Positions 43,699 through 56,477 of a DNA stretch of 64,000 bases are shown here, piece after piece. The stretch comes from the human T2T-CHM13v2.0 reference genome, Homo sapiens, in NCBI RefSeq assembly GCF_009914755.1, contig NC_060932.1. One strand, given 5' to 3'. Both the position numbers and the translations under genes were made by a program. The notes under the pieces are model-generated. The model was not told the DNA's origin, ran no database searches, and saw nothing but the letters and a program-made list of their open reading frames with translations. How positions within the stretch are numbered: position 1 is the stretch's first letter; every line of letters begins with the position of its first letter.

Positions 43699-44454
43699 TG
43701 TGTAATGTATATGTTTTCTTCTTTATCTGCTGACGTGAGAAAACAAATGTCAAATCATTTTCAGTCATGATGCTAAAGGATCACAAGGATAGCTAGATGA
43801 CACTGAACTTTCATCTTTGAAATATTTATATGTTCATATATCCCAGGTCTCCCAATTGTCCCAATTCATTAGTTCCCAACAAAAAGTTGGTGAAGATTAT
43901 TTAGCACTGTTTGGGCTTACCTTAAATGCATAATGTCTGTGTGCTCATAAAATAGGAAACCAGCCATTTTGAGGAAGTAATTTCAGGATTTAGAATTTCA
44001 TGGCATAATCCCAGATTTAATCAGTATATGAAAACCAAATGGGTATTGTGATTTTACATAGTAATATTAAAGAAACCTGGCTGCTGATCTCAATATTAAT
44101 AAAATTCTCTCTGGAAGAATTTCATTTGGTAGCTTGTAGATGCAGGCACCATATTTTAAAACGCTGTGATAATTACCTCAGGATGCCTCTGTTTGAGCCA
44201 CATCCTTCTCCTGATTTCCTGGCCTTCTCAGTGAAGAGGGAAGCGCAGTCATTACTGGCTCTGATGTTCCTGATCAGGTTCTACTAAAAAAAAGTTTTCT
44301 TTTTTTCTGTCCCATTGTCTCTTGAACATTACTGTCAGCATTTGCCACAATATGCTCATCAGAAGTGTTGAGAAGCTATAGAAAAATGTGTAGCCCTTTC
44401 TCAAAGAAAATCTAGGGACCCATAATCCCAGAGCTAGAACAAATATGTTATTCT

Positions 44455-44759
<305 letters not shown>

Positions 44760-45112
44760 TTACTCTTCCCCAACAGTGTTAGTTTATCTTGTTTTCCTAA
44801 TAGATATAAATAAAAATTTTGTTATCAGATTTTATTTTTTTCTAGCTAGAAATTTTTACATGGTGAACAATGAAGCTAGAAGAACTTGTCACACTTAATT
44901 CTTCTATGTCTTTAGGGTCACTTAAAAATTTTCCATTCCTAAATTCTCCTCCGGCTGCTCCCATCCTGCAGGATACAACAGCCTTCCTTCCATCTGAATT
45001 TTGCATTGCAATTAATGAATGGTGATTTTCAGGATTGGTCAGGGTTTCCATTTTGGAATTGTGCTGCACTCTATTCTTGAACTCATCAAAATTAAATTCA
45101 AACTATTAGGTA

Positions 45113-45530
45113 CAGATGGTCCTCAATTTATGGTGGTTTGACTTACAACTTTTTCACTTTACCGTGGTGCAAAAACAATACACATTTGGTTGAAACCATA
45201 CTTCCAGTTTTGAATTTTGATCTTTACCCAGGTTAGCGACATGCGGTATGACACTCTCTCAGTATGCTGGACAGTGGCACTGAGCCTCAGCCCACGGTCA
45301 GCCACACAATCATGAGTGTGAACCACCAATACTCCACAGTGGATTATGGTGCCAGATGATTTTGCCTAACTATAGTTTAATATAAGTGCTCTGAACATGT
45401 TTAAGGTCGTTAGGCTAAGCTATAATTTTTTCATAGGTTAGATATATTAAACGTATTTTCAACTTACAATATTTTCACCTTATGAAGGGTTTATTGGGAC
45501 CTAACACCATTGTAAGTCAAGGAACACCTG
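45113..45530. mobile_element. MER47B-like (Tigger5-derived) non-autonomous DNA transposon, complete
   Basis: Terminal inverted repeats CAGATGGTCCTCAATTTATGGTGG / CCATTGTAAGTCAAGGAACACCTG; TA on both sides. Confidence 0.9.
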
Positions 45531-46864
45531 TAATTATATGTAAAATACCTGTGTTCCCCATTTTATGGTGAACTCCATGACAGCAGGTACCATAAAGAGG
45601 CTAGTTTGTTGTCAAAGGGTAATATTATTTGTTTGACATATTGTATACATTCAATAGATATTTTTTGGAAGAATGAATACAATTAGTAAATAAATGAACT
45701 CTACCTAGATGAACATGTATTTGAAATATGACCCTAATTTTAAAATATAATAAAATTATGAGAACATTCAGAAATACAGTGAATAGTTCAATTTAAGTAT
45801 ATTTAAAACACTGTTACCTTTGAGGGCTGCCTTTTCTAATCTTTCCTTCAAGGGATGTACAGAAACAAAGCAAAAAATTTCTTTATTCTTTTGTGTCTAC
45901 GCAATGAATATGAGAAGAGCCTTTGTGTCTTCCCATTTATGAGTGTGGCCTCCCTCAGCCTACCTCCCCTGATTCTTTATAGCCAAGGACATCTGACAGC
46001 ATCAGTCCTGCCCAGGTTTACTCACTGTAGCTGCTTCCACTGGTAAAGGGGTACCTCCTCCACACAGCATCCTTTTGTCCCCATCATCCAACCATAAGTT
46101 GCTCATGAGGGCAAGAAACAAACTTTCTTTCTGATAATGATGTGCCAAGCAGCGATTTAAATTTATTTAATCATAACAAAGATATGTTCACAGCCACTAG
46201 CTATTTACACTTTTTTTTAGAAATTTGATTTAGAACTACTATGATAATCTTCAAAATTTTATTCTGGTTAGCATTATAAAAAGACAATTATTATTCTTGA
46301 GATTTTATTAACGTTAAACAAAAAGGAATTTTAGATGCCAAATAAGTCATTTATTTGGACATTGTAAAGGATAAATGATATTTGCTTCCCCATCTGAAGT
46401 TAATTTTATAATTGACAGATTTTTGCATCTATTTTTATAGTTCTATTAGCATTTTATAGCATGCTTTATATTGGAGAAAACCGCTTTATACTCATTTTAA
46501 TTAGCTATCTTTCATACATATCAATTAGTTTCAGTAATAGAGTAAAGTCAAAAAGATTTTGAAAAGCAAGATGTCACATATGCATACAAATTAAACTTTA
46601 ATGACTTCCATCTGGGGACTGTTACCCAGCGTCACAAGTGGTTTTAGAGAAAAACTGTATGAATGACAAATGGATCCTTCTAGTTTCCTCATTCCATCCA
46701 GAAGAGGATGAAATGACTTCGTCTTTGAACACTTTTTAGGTTGCTTATGAAAATTGGCATACTGGGTAAGTGGAGAAAAGAAATAAAATGAAGCGATAAC
46801 ACAGCCACATGAGCCACAGCCAATGTGATGATAATGGCAACCAATAGATGCTCAAAAATACTGG

Positions 46865-47090
46865 CTTATGGAGTCTCTACCCTGGGTTTGGTCTGGGCTT
46901 TACTACTTACCAGCATATGACAGAAAGCCACCCAGCTAATATCTTTAAAACTCACTTTTCCCACATGCACAATAACGCTCTCAATGCCCATTTTGTGGGT
47001 TGTTTGGAAGTTTAAGTAAACTCACTTCTGTGAAGTAGAAAGCTCAGTATCTGACATGTGGTGCGCTCTACATAATGGTCAGTAGCATTA
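46865..47090 (+). mobile_element. MIR SINE
   Basis: TGGAGTC..CCTGGGTTTG..CTACTTACCAGC..CTCACTTTTCCCACATG..GGGTTGTT..CAGTATCTGACATGTGGT. Confidence 0.7.
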
Positions 47091-48982
47091 TTTGTATTCA
47101 TTCTCCAAGGATTATTTTTCTTGTACAATGTCATTGATCACCATTTCTGCCCTTACCTTAAACTTTGATTTTTACCACAACACTATTAAACAGCACTGTT
47201 ATCAAATAGAAAATGACAGTGTGATTTGATTATTATGGGTTAGAATCTAAAATTATTCAATCTCTGGCTCTTATAAAGAGTGACATATCCCTTTATCTGG
47301 AATGAAACTTTTACGATCAGTTTAAACTTTCTTTACCTCCCAAATGGTCCATGTAACCAAACTGGTCCCATCAGGGAGTATAAATATATTTACAAACATA
47401 GCTAAATAATATAAATAGGTAAATGGAAAAGCTCCAAAACTTTCCTGATGGCTAAAGTGAGCAGATGCTTCCTCTTATAACAGGTAGTACTCTATGGGAT
47501 GTGTGGGGGCCATCATCATTTATTACGCAGTTGATGGCATTCTGCTGCCAAATTAAGACAGGTTTCACCTGGATGTCACATAGCCAATTCTTAGTGCCTC
47601 AAAGTTCTTCTGATTTCAAGATTTTTATAGTTTGAAATGAAACCAGTAATTAAAAAGTGACAAACTAGAAACAGCAAGAACATCATTGTCAAACTGAAGT
47701 ACATTCCGGGCTGGACAGCATCACCTCAATGTTTATCTCAGTTTTGTTGAATATTTATGTACGCCATCTTTTTTTCCTAGATCTATGATACAGCTGAATT
47801 ACTTAATGCACATTAATTTTGCCTAGGTAAAACACATATTTTCATCGAGCATCTTAACATATTACAAAGGATTGTATTTTCCTCCATTTAATGTCAGCAA
47901 TTACCACAGCAACATGTAGAGATACATTAAACTAGACAAGAAAATGTGTTATATGTAATTATTTTTAGGGATGGATATGTGCTTGATTTATATATTTTTA
48001 TCCACTTATTTTTCAGCAAGACTTTATATTGCAGAAAACACCCAAAGGTAATACATTAAAGTTGCCATGTGAATTATTGTTGCAATATAAATTGCAGAAC
48101 TCACTGAAAACAGAAGTAGCATATAGTGAGAATGCAAACATGAATATTAATCTATCTATAGCCAACATTTACTTAATGTACTAACATGTTGGATGTGGTG
48201 GAATCTAAAAAAGTAAATTGTGTGCAAAGAGTGTGTCTTTAAAACTGATGAAAATGTGCGCAGAAGCAGGAAACTAGACCTTCTAATTTTCTCCATGATG
48301 ACTAGTGACCATTCATATGAGTCAGTGTCTCTCAATTACTTTCCAACAGTAGCACTGCCTTATTTTGTAGTTTTGGCTGGTCTTTATATCACATTTGTCC
48401 ATGAACTTTCAATCTACTTCTCATGACTATGTGCATTAAGTAAGTACTTTTCCATTATTCTTGTATATGGATCTTACTGCCAGGATTGACACATATCACA
48501 TGAAGCTGATTTTCCTACCTTGCCAAGTCTCTTTTGCTGTCCAATCCCTAGCTGGCCTCTGATTTTGTTGCTCTCGCCTTCAGCTTGACGGTCTTAGTGG
48601 TCTCATTCTTTCTTGTGATTCTTGCAATGTCAAACTAGTTTGAAGTGAAGGATTCAAACTGACTTCTATAAACCAATTTACAAAGTATTAATAATGTATA
48701 AATAATTGTTAAATTGCATGGCACAAATAATTGTTTTAGGGATTTTAAAGATGCTATGTATGTATGAATGTATGTGTGTTTGCATTTATTCATTTATACA
48801 GCCTCTTTGGGCAGCATTTATATACCACAGGCAGGTTTGATAAGTACACACATACACACACACACACACTGCAGCTCTGGCTATATATGATATTATATGG
48901 ATATATATGTTATGTACCAATGAATATATAGCCAATAAGATTCACTGCTTAAGTACAGTTACGTAAATTATTACTAGGTCAG

Positions 48983-49338
48983 TGACATGCCTTGGCTGTG
49001 TTCCCATGCAAATCTCATCTTGAATTGTAATTCCCATAATCAGCATGTGTGGAGACATCCACTGGGAGGTAATTAAATTATGGGGGTGGTTTCCCCCATG
49101 CTGTTCTCCTGACAGTGAGTTCTCACGAGATCTGATAGTTTTATAAGCATCTGGCATTTCCCCTGCTGGCACTCATTCTGTCTCCTGCCACCCTGTGGAG
49201 TGGTGCCTTCCGCCATGATTGTAAGTTTTCTGAGGCCTCCCCAGCAATGCAGAACTGTGAGTCTATTAAACCTCTTTGCTTTATAAATTACCCAGTCTCT
49301 GGCAGTTCTTCATAGCAGTGTGAGAATAGACTAATATA
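48983..49338 (+). mobile_element. THE1C/D-like solo LTR
   Basis: TGACATGCCTTGGCTGTG...GACTAATATA; perfect TSD GTCAG (48978-48982 / 49339-49343). Confidence 0.95.
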
Positions 49339-49951
49339 GTCAGCCACACTTGTTCACATGCTTTTGCCCCCTTATTGCTATATTTTCAAATATGCTCTGA
49401 AAAGTTAAGGCTATGAGAGTTGATTTTACATTGTTTCTTTCCCTTTCTCTCTTTATTTTTCTCTTTTTGGTAGATACATTCATAGATTATTCTGTCCCAC
49501 CCACCTACTCCGGGAGAATAGAAAATGACTGAATGATCTCAAACGTAGTCTGAAAAAAATGATGTGTAGAATTATATAAATCTAATGTCCTTAAGATATT
49601 TGAGTGACAGCTTAATAAGGAATCTTCAAGGATACCATCACAGGTGTTGGGAAAATACGTGATTTTCCTGTTAAAAATGGGGGAAATGTAAGCCATCAAA
49701 TCTTTGAGAAACAGAAGTTTCTTCAAGAGAGAAGTTAGAGGAAACGATGTGATGTGTCCCACTTGAAGAATAGAGAAATATTTCTGCTTAGATTTCTATA
49801 TATAAAATCTGTCTGGCATAACTCTTTTAGGGGTAGTTCCTAAAAGTTAAGGGCGCAAGAGTTTATACGTTGGTAATCTGTTAGATGAAAACCACTAAGA
49901 ACTCATAAGATGAAAGTCTATGCACAGTATTGATAAAAAAATCAAATAATT

Positions 49952-50067
49952 AGGGTTGACAGACAAAATACAGGATGCCTATTTTAACTTAAATTTTAGA
50001 TAAGCAATAAATTTCCACTACAAGTATGTTCCATGCAATACTTCTATTAGCTAAGTTTTGTAACGCT
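49952..50067. mobile_element. MER53 (internally deleted)
   Basis: AGGGTTGACAGACAAAATACAGGATGCC..AGATAAGCAA..AAGTATGTTCC..GCTAAG. Confidence 0.75.
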
Positions 50068-51820
50068 GCAAGTAAGTAACAGATTTGTAGACCATTACAT
50101 TGAGGTAATGTCATATATAGGCAAATCATTATAGAAGGAGAGGACTTCCATAGAGTGAAAGAAACATTTATGCATTAAATATTAGTGATGTAGTAAAGCA
50201 GGAATTTTCCTGGGAAGTCTTCGAGATAATTTGCCAGAATCACCAACTGAGAAATATTATGGAACAAGAGCACTGTGAATGTGGTAATTATAAAGAAATT
50301 TACAAATAGTAATAGTTTATAATTAAGTACAAAAATTAAATGTGGACATGCTTCCATAAATGTTCATAATTAGTGAAGGCATTTCTTCTCAATGAAGGCT
50401 TCATAGACGTTATAAATGTTGCCTACGTAACCATATCAAATTAACATGATTACTTGTGTACCAGTTTTGCCCTGAGCTCAAAATGTCATACTCAGCAAAG
50501 TTCTTAAAGAGAAAACTTTTTTCATGGGCCTGTAGGATTGTGACCTATAGAAGCTGAGCTGAAGCTGTTGAGTTAGAAACTTATTGACACTGAAGTTTAC
50601 AAATTTATTACCATATTTCTTCAGACTAGATTTTATTAGCATGCTCATCATCGTTAATCAGGTTGAAAACATATAACTTAAAAATACAAAAAACAATAAA
50701 CAGTTTTATGGCTTACTCATTAGGAGTATGCTTGAAAACACATATCATGGACATTGGTAGTGGACATGAATATTTTGGTTTTCAGTGAGTATAAGAGGAA
50801 AGTATCTTCTTTTTTTTTAGTTTTAATCTTCTAGAATGTGTAGTGCATGGGTTTGTTACTAATCTTCAGTGATGATTTTTTCAAAGCAAAGCTTTAGGGT
50901 GCAACTGTCTTAAATTTCTGGAATAAATAACAAATTACCAAAAAAAAAAAAAAAAAGGAAAGAAAAATTAGAGCCAGGGCAGTTGTAAAGTGAAGGGGAA
51001 GCTTGCACTAAGCTTCGGTTAATTCTATTAAATAATTTTAACTACATTCTTGAACCAGGATAATCTGATAAAAATTCTAACTACCTCCTTATAAAATCTT
51101 AACTAAATAGAATTTAAAATAATGTTTTATTAGCATCACATTTTATTGCTTGAGTTTGTGGGGGCTAAGTGCTGTTTTCACATTTCAATTTGCAATTGTT
51201 AATTCTAGGTCCAAAGGAAAGTTACATGTGCTTATTGCACTTGAACAACATGGGTATTAACTTTTCTTTATCCTGGTTGTTCACTGGTCTTTTCCTTTTC
51301 CTGGTGCCATAGTTGCCTTTGGAACTATGAGAAGGATTGTGCCATGCTGTGAGTGAGTGCCAATAAATGGCAACTGGAATTGAGTTGAACTATAGAGTAG
51401 GATCCTGTTGGGGTTCTGGGCTTACCCCTCTTCTGCCCTTCTTGTGACATTTCAACTTGAATTCTAGCTCCTGTTTACAAGGTTTTCAGAATCTGTCCTT
51501 CAAGTCCTTGTGTTGCCCTCACTCTTCCCACCTGGGCTTTTTACTGGAGTCACATTTCATACTCCTTTTGCACTGTTGGTCTTTACCCTTGCATTTAACT
51601 ATAGTAAAAGTTGATTGCATCAGTTTGATATTCTTCCATGGCAGCTCTTATAAGCCACTTCAACAGCTCTATGTAATTTCCTCCCAACCCTGCCACATCT
51701 ATTATCTGTGAATTTAGTTCCACAACAACTGTCACCTTGGAAGGAGCTTTAAGAAGAGTAGATAATGGATAGGTAGAATGTGCCACATGTAACGTAAGAT
51801 TATCTTTAAGAATAGTTATG

Positions 51821-52103
51821 GGCCGGGTGCGGTGGCTCACACCTGTAACCCCAGCACACTGGGAGGCCGAGGCGGGTGGATCATGAGGTCAGGAGATCGA
51901 GACCATCCTGGCTAACACAGTGGAATCCTGTGTCTACTACACATACAAAAAATTAGTCAGGCGTGGTGGCGGGCGCCTGCAGTCCCAGCTCCTCGGGAGG
52001 CTGAGGCAGGAGAATGGCATGAACCAGCGAGGCGGAGCTTGCAGTGAGCCGAGCTCGCGCCACTGCACTCCAGCCTGGGCGACAGAGCGAGACTCCGTCT
52101 CAA
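51821..52103 (+). mobile_element. AluY lacking a poly(A) tail
   Basis: Y diagnostics (GAGATCGAGACCATCCTGGCTAACAC, GAATGGCATGAACC, GGAGCTTGCAG); ends GTCTCAA. Confidence 0.95.
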
Positions 52104-52861
52104 GAAAGATGAGCCACGTTTTAGCATCATTCCTTTTTCTGTCTCTCTCTTTTGGAAGTGTTCTAGTTTATGCTTTTCAAGATCAGGGTTGTGTCCTGAC
52201 CAGCCACGTGCCTAGAACTTGGTGGGTTCCAGAAGCCTGCAAGACCAGAAACTTCTCTTTCTTCTTCCCTGGTTGGTATTTTGTGGCAATATCTGTTGGT
52301 TAATTAGATAAAGTAATTGTTCTTAATGTGAGGCAAATAAATGCTTGACCTTCATTTCATGTCTTACCCTAACTGAAATAAATGTTTTCTCAAAAGGATC
52401 ACAGGGATTGACTCAAATGGCAGGAAATACAGGGGAGATCAAGGTCCCTCAGGGGGATCTTTGTAGGCAGACAGGTCTTTCATTGCTCTTTACAGCATGC
52501 TTTCCAGTCAGATACCTGTGTGGCAAATGTGTGAGCCAGCCTGGGGGAACTCAGGTGAGCCAGCTAGGCAGACAGAACATTCTCCGTTGGCTCCATCACC
52601 TTCCTCCACTCTCTCAGAAGATGACCTTTCTTCATACTATGCGAAGTAAATGGAATACTCTAAATAGCAATTGCTCTAATTGCTGTCACCAAATCTGTGA
52701 ACTGACCTCTATTGATTCATGTTTGTTTTCTCATTTGAGGATAATCAAACAGCTGTTCTCATTTTACATAAAATCAGTCCCTTAGACCTTCCCACTATGC
52801 TGTGTCTCAAATTCTCCCTCCCCCTGGCTCCTTGTCATTTGAACATTCTAAAGTTGATGTA

Positions 52862-53176
<315 letters not shown>

Positions 53177-53331
53177 TACATCTAACTTCACCCTTTCTGA
53201 ACCTCATATTCCCTACCGGGTTCTAATCATTTCACCAGTCTACGTTAGAAGCAACTTCATGAACAAGTTATCTATAATGATCAGTTTCACTCTTCAGTCT
53301 CCTAAAATCTGACATTTTCCCCATAATCCGT

Positions 53332-53515
53332 CTGTGATCTCCAATATACAGCTACTAGTGACGTGCAATTTATATTAACCAAGTAAAATTTAAAATTAAG
53401 TTTTTTAGCATTGCTAGCCACATTTCAAGTGCTCAATAGCCACATGTGGCTATCATATTGAATAGTGCAAATATAAAACATCTGTCATCTGAAAATGTTC
53501 TATTGGGCAGTGCTG
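53332..53515. mobile_element. MER3 hAT-Charlie MITE
   Basis: CTAGCCACATTTCAAGTGCTCAATAGCCACATGTGGCTA...TTCTATTGGGCAGTGCTG. Confidence 0.85.
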
Positions 53516-55109
53516 TTGCATAGAAACTCTTCTAGCCTAAGTCACCCTGTTCTTCTTGTTGCTATGCAAGGGGCGTTTTTTGATTATTTGATCTGTTATC
53601 AGGGCTCAGCATTACTGGCTACTCACTGCTTTTAAAAATATATCCTTTTCTTCACTTCCCTGACACCATACCTATATGAACTTTTTTCTATCTCTCAGCA
53701 ATTTTTCAGGCTCCTTTGACATTTCTCCTTCTCTACACTCAGTTGGTACTTTCTTGGGTTCTAATCCCTTGTATTTAATTTCCATTTGTATGCTGAGAAG
53801 TCTCAAATCCATTTTTCTTTTGCCTAGACTCTCCTGTTTTAAACAAACATGTTTAAGCAAACATGTTTAAACCTGAACATTGATTTTTTTTACCCTCTCC
53901 CATAAACATACAAATAATCAATCAATCAATCTTCTTATCGTTTAATCTTTCCTAGGTCCATCAGGATCACCATCATGCATTCAGTTATATGACAAAAAAG
54001 CTGGTGTTTACCTTGTCCTTATGCCCACACTGAAGCCATAACTAAGTCATGCCAATCTTAAAATCATTGCAATTACCCATAATTTTCAGGTTCTACTATC
54101 AATCTGTTCCAATCTTTCTCCATATTTTTTCCGAAGTTATTTTTTAACAATCGATTTGATCATATCTCTCCTTGGACTTAAGACCTTTCAACGGATTCCC
54201 GTGGCTCTTAAAATAAAACTGAAAACCTTAGCATTGCCTTCAAGGACGGTCCACACTTACCTTGCTCACCTTCTTGCAGTTTCTCCCAAGGCCATATTGA
54301 TTTTAAGCTTCAGGCCTTCACATAGTCTGTTGCCCTGTCTGAAATATTAGCAGCTCTCACCCTACCTACCTCCCACTAACCCTTCAAGTCTCAACTTAAA
54401 TGACAGTTTCTCAAGGAGACCTTTCCTGACTACTTCCCTGGTTAGATTGGGTCTTGTTCTAAGCTCTCTAAGCTCTGCCAACATATCCCTAAATATCTTT
54501 CGTATAATTTCCTTTTAACTTACTCAACCATATGTTAAATATCTGGCCACAATGGCAAATACCAAGTTTATCTTTGAGTGAAAGCATAACTGAAAGTTAC
54601 CTTAGAGATTTAGCAGGTTATAGCCTTCATTTTCTAAATCAGTCAACTGATTTCCCTGTGGCCATATGCTATTACTTGATAGAGCCATGTAATGACCTTT
54701 TTCTGCCCCTGAGGATGGAACTGCAGTCTTGAAGTCCGGTGACTTCTGAAATGACATAATGAGAGAAACAAAGACGCCAGTAGGAGTTCTTGTTCCACTG
54801 CCAGACTCTCCAGTGCTCTCTGCTTTCTGTCTTTGTATTCACTTGCCCAATAAATCCTTAGGTTAAACTAAATATTTTTGATGATGATGTCATGACCTCT
54901 ACACAACTGTTTGTTGGCATCTTATTTTCAATTTGGGTCCATTTCAAGTATTACTAAACTCCATTGATAATTTTTGCTTGAGAGAAGAAATATGGAGAAA
55001 ATAAAATCTTTATTATACCAGAATGCAAAACAAGCAAATGCAGTTTGTTAAGCCCACTTGGATCACTGTTAAAATACTGGTCACAAAACATACTAAAGAA
55101 ACAACATTT

Positions 55110-55426
55110 GGCCAGGTGGGGTGGCTCATGCCTGTAATCTCAGCACTTTGGGAGGCTGAGGCAGGTGGATCGCTTGAGGTCAGGAGTTCAAGACCAGCTT
55201 CGCCCATGTGGTGGAACCCCGTCTCTACCAAAAATACAAAAACTAGCCAGGCATAGTGGCGGGCGCCTGTAATCCCAGCTACTCGCGTGGCTGAGGCAGC
55301 AGAATGGTGTGAACCCAGGAGGCCGAGGCTGCAGTGAGCCGAGATCCTGCCACTGCACTCCAGGCTGGGCAACAAAGCGAGACTCTATCTCAAAAAAAAA
55401 AAAAAAAAAGAAAAGAGAAAAAGAAA
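55110..55426 (+). mobile_element. Alu with an S-type left arm and a Y/Sc8-type right-arm diagnostic
   Basis: Perfect 15-bp TSD AAAGAAACAACATTT (55095-55109 / 55427-55441). Confidence 0.96.
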
Positions 55427-56477
55427 AAAGAAACAACATTTAAAGTTAGAGCAATTATCTGTTCTGCCTTTGTCGAGTCCCCATGTGGAATACAGCTATG
55501 GAGACTTTAGGTTATATGGACACTGGGTTATATGGATACACTGACCATGGATCTAAAACACAAAGCATGTGGATTAGGGATTATGTAACCTCATCAACAG
55601 TAACTATGGAAATAGTATCATTGAAAACAGAGCGCTAAGGCAATGATTTATTTTGTTTTTACTTATTAAATTTCTATAGTTGATGACTATGGTAATTGAC
55701 TGCTACACAAATACTCATATTTTGATAATCACCTGGGGGGAAGAATTTACATTTATTATCACAAATGCCTTTCTCCTCTGGTGAGTCCTTGTGGTGTTTC
55801 CCCTGTGTGCTCATTCTCTGTACTGTTGTGTTGATGCGAAGAACAATCACAGGACAAAACCTCTTTCTTATTAAAGACACGGTCTTATTTCAAACTGAGA
55901 AAATAATTAGAAAGCTGACAGGAATACCTTTGGGTACAATAGTTTTTGTAATGAGAAAATTGTACATCATTGAAGTCAGAGGGCCTGGTCTTGGGAGTAA
56001 GAAATGCTCAGTTTTTGTCTCAAGGGCTGAACCCAGATGCTTGTCACGGCTCAACCTTAAGCATGTTGTTGCTTTTCCTGCCCAAATATGCCATTCAGTG
56101 CCTTTCTGATGTCTTGCTTCAATACTTATTAGGAAAATTCTGAAGTAGTTACCCATTTCATTACGTCTGGAAAAAATCCAGATACAGGTGCATGAATTAA
56201 ATCACTTACTTGTGTGTCACTTCAAGCATAAAGTTCAAACTCATTGGAAGCCACAAATTATATGCTTGAGAGGCTTCTGCAATTTCAGAAAGAACTGTAC
56301 TTGACTACTGAAAGAAAGAAAGGACACACAAGTGCTAAGTTCACCTCTGTCTGCTGGCATTTTACTGATAGTTTAGTACCTCAAGAATAATTCCAAAGGT
56401 CAGAGGAAAAAACAGAGGAAATGGCTCTGTGACTTATTCCCACGTTCTTATATAAATAATAAAAACTGAAAAAAAAA

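Noticed and set aside
44243-44252. ARE-like motif ATGACTGCGC on the minus strand
   Set aside because: A single short motif is expected by chance in 64 kb; no supporting context.
52345-52785. 146-aa plus-strand ORF in semi-unique sequence
   Set aside because: Non-ATG start, no recognisable domain, runs into L2; no supporting splice structure.
55510-55543. GGTTATATGGA(TA)CACTG tandem duplication
   Set aside because: An ordinary two-copy slippage duplication with no functional signal.
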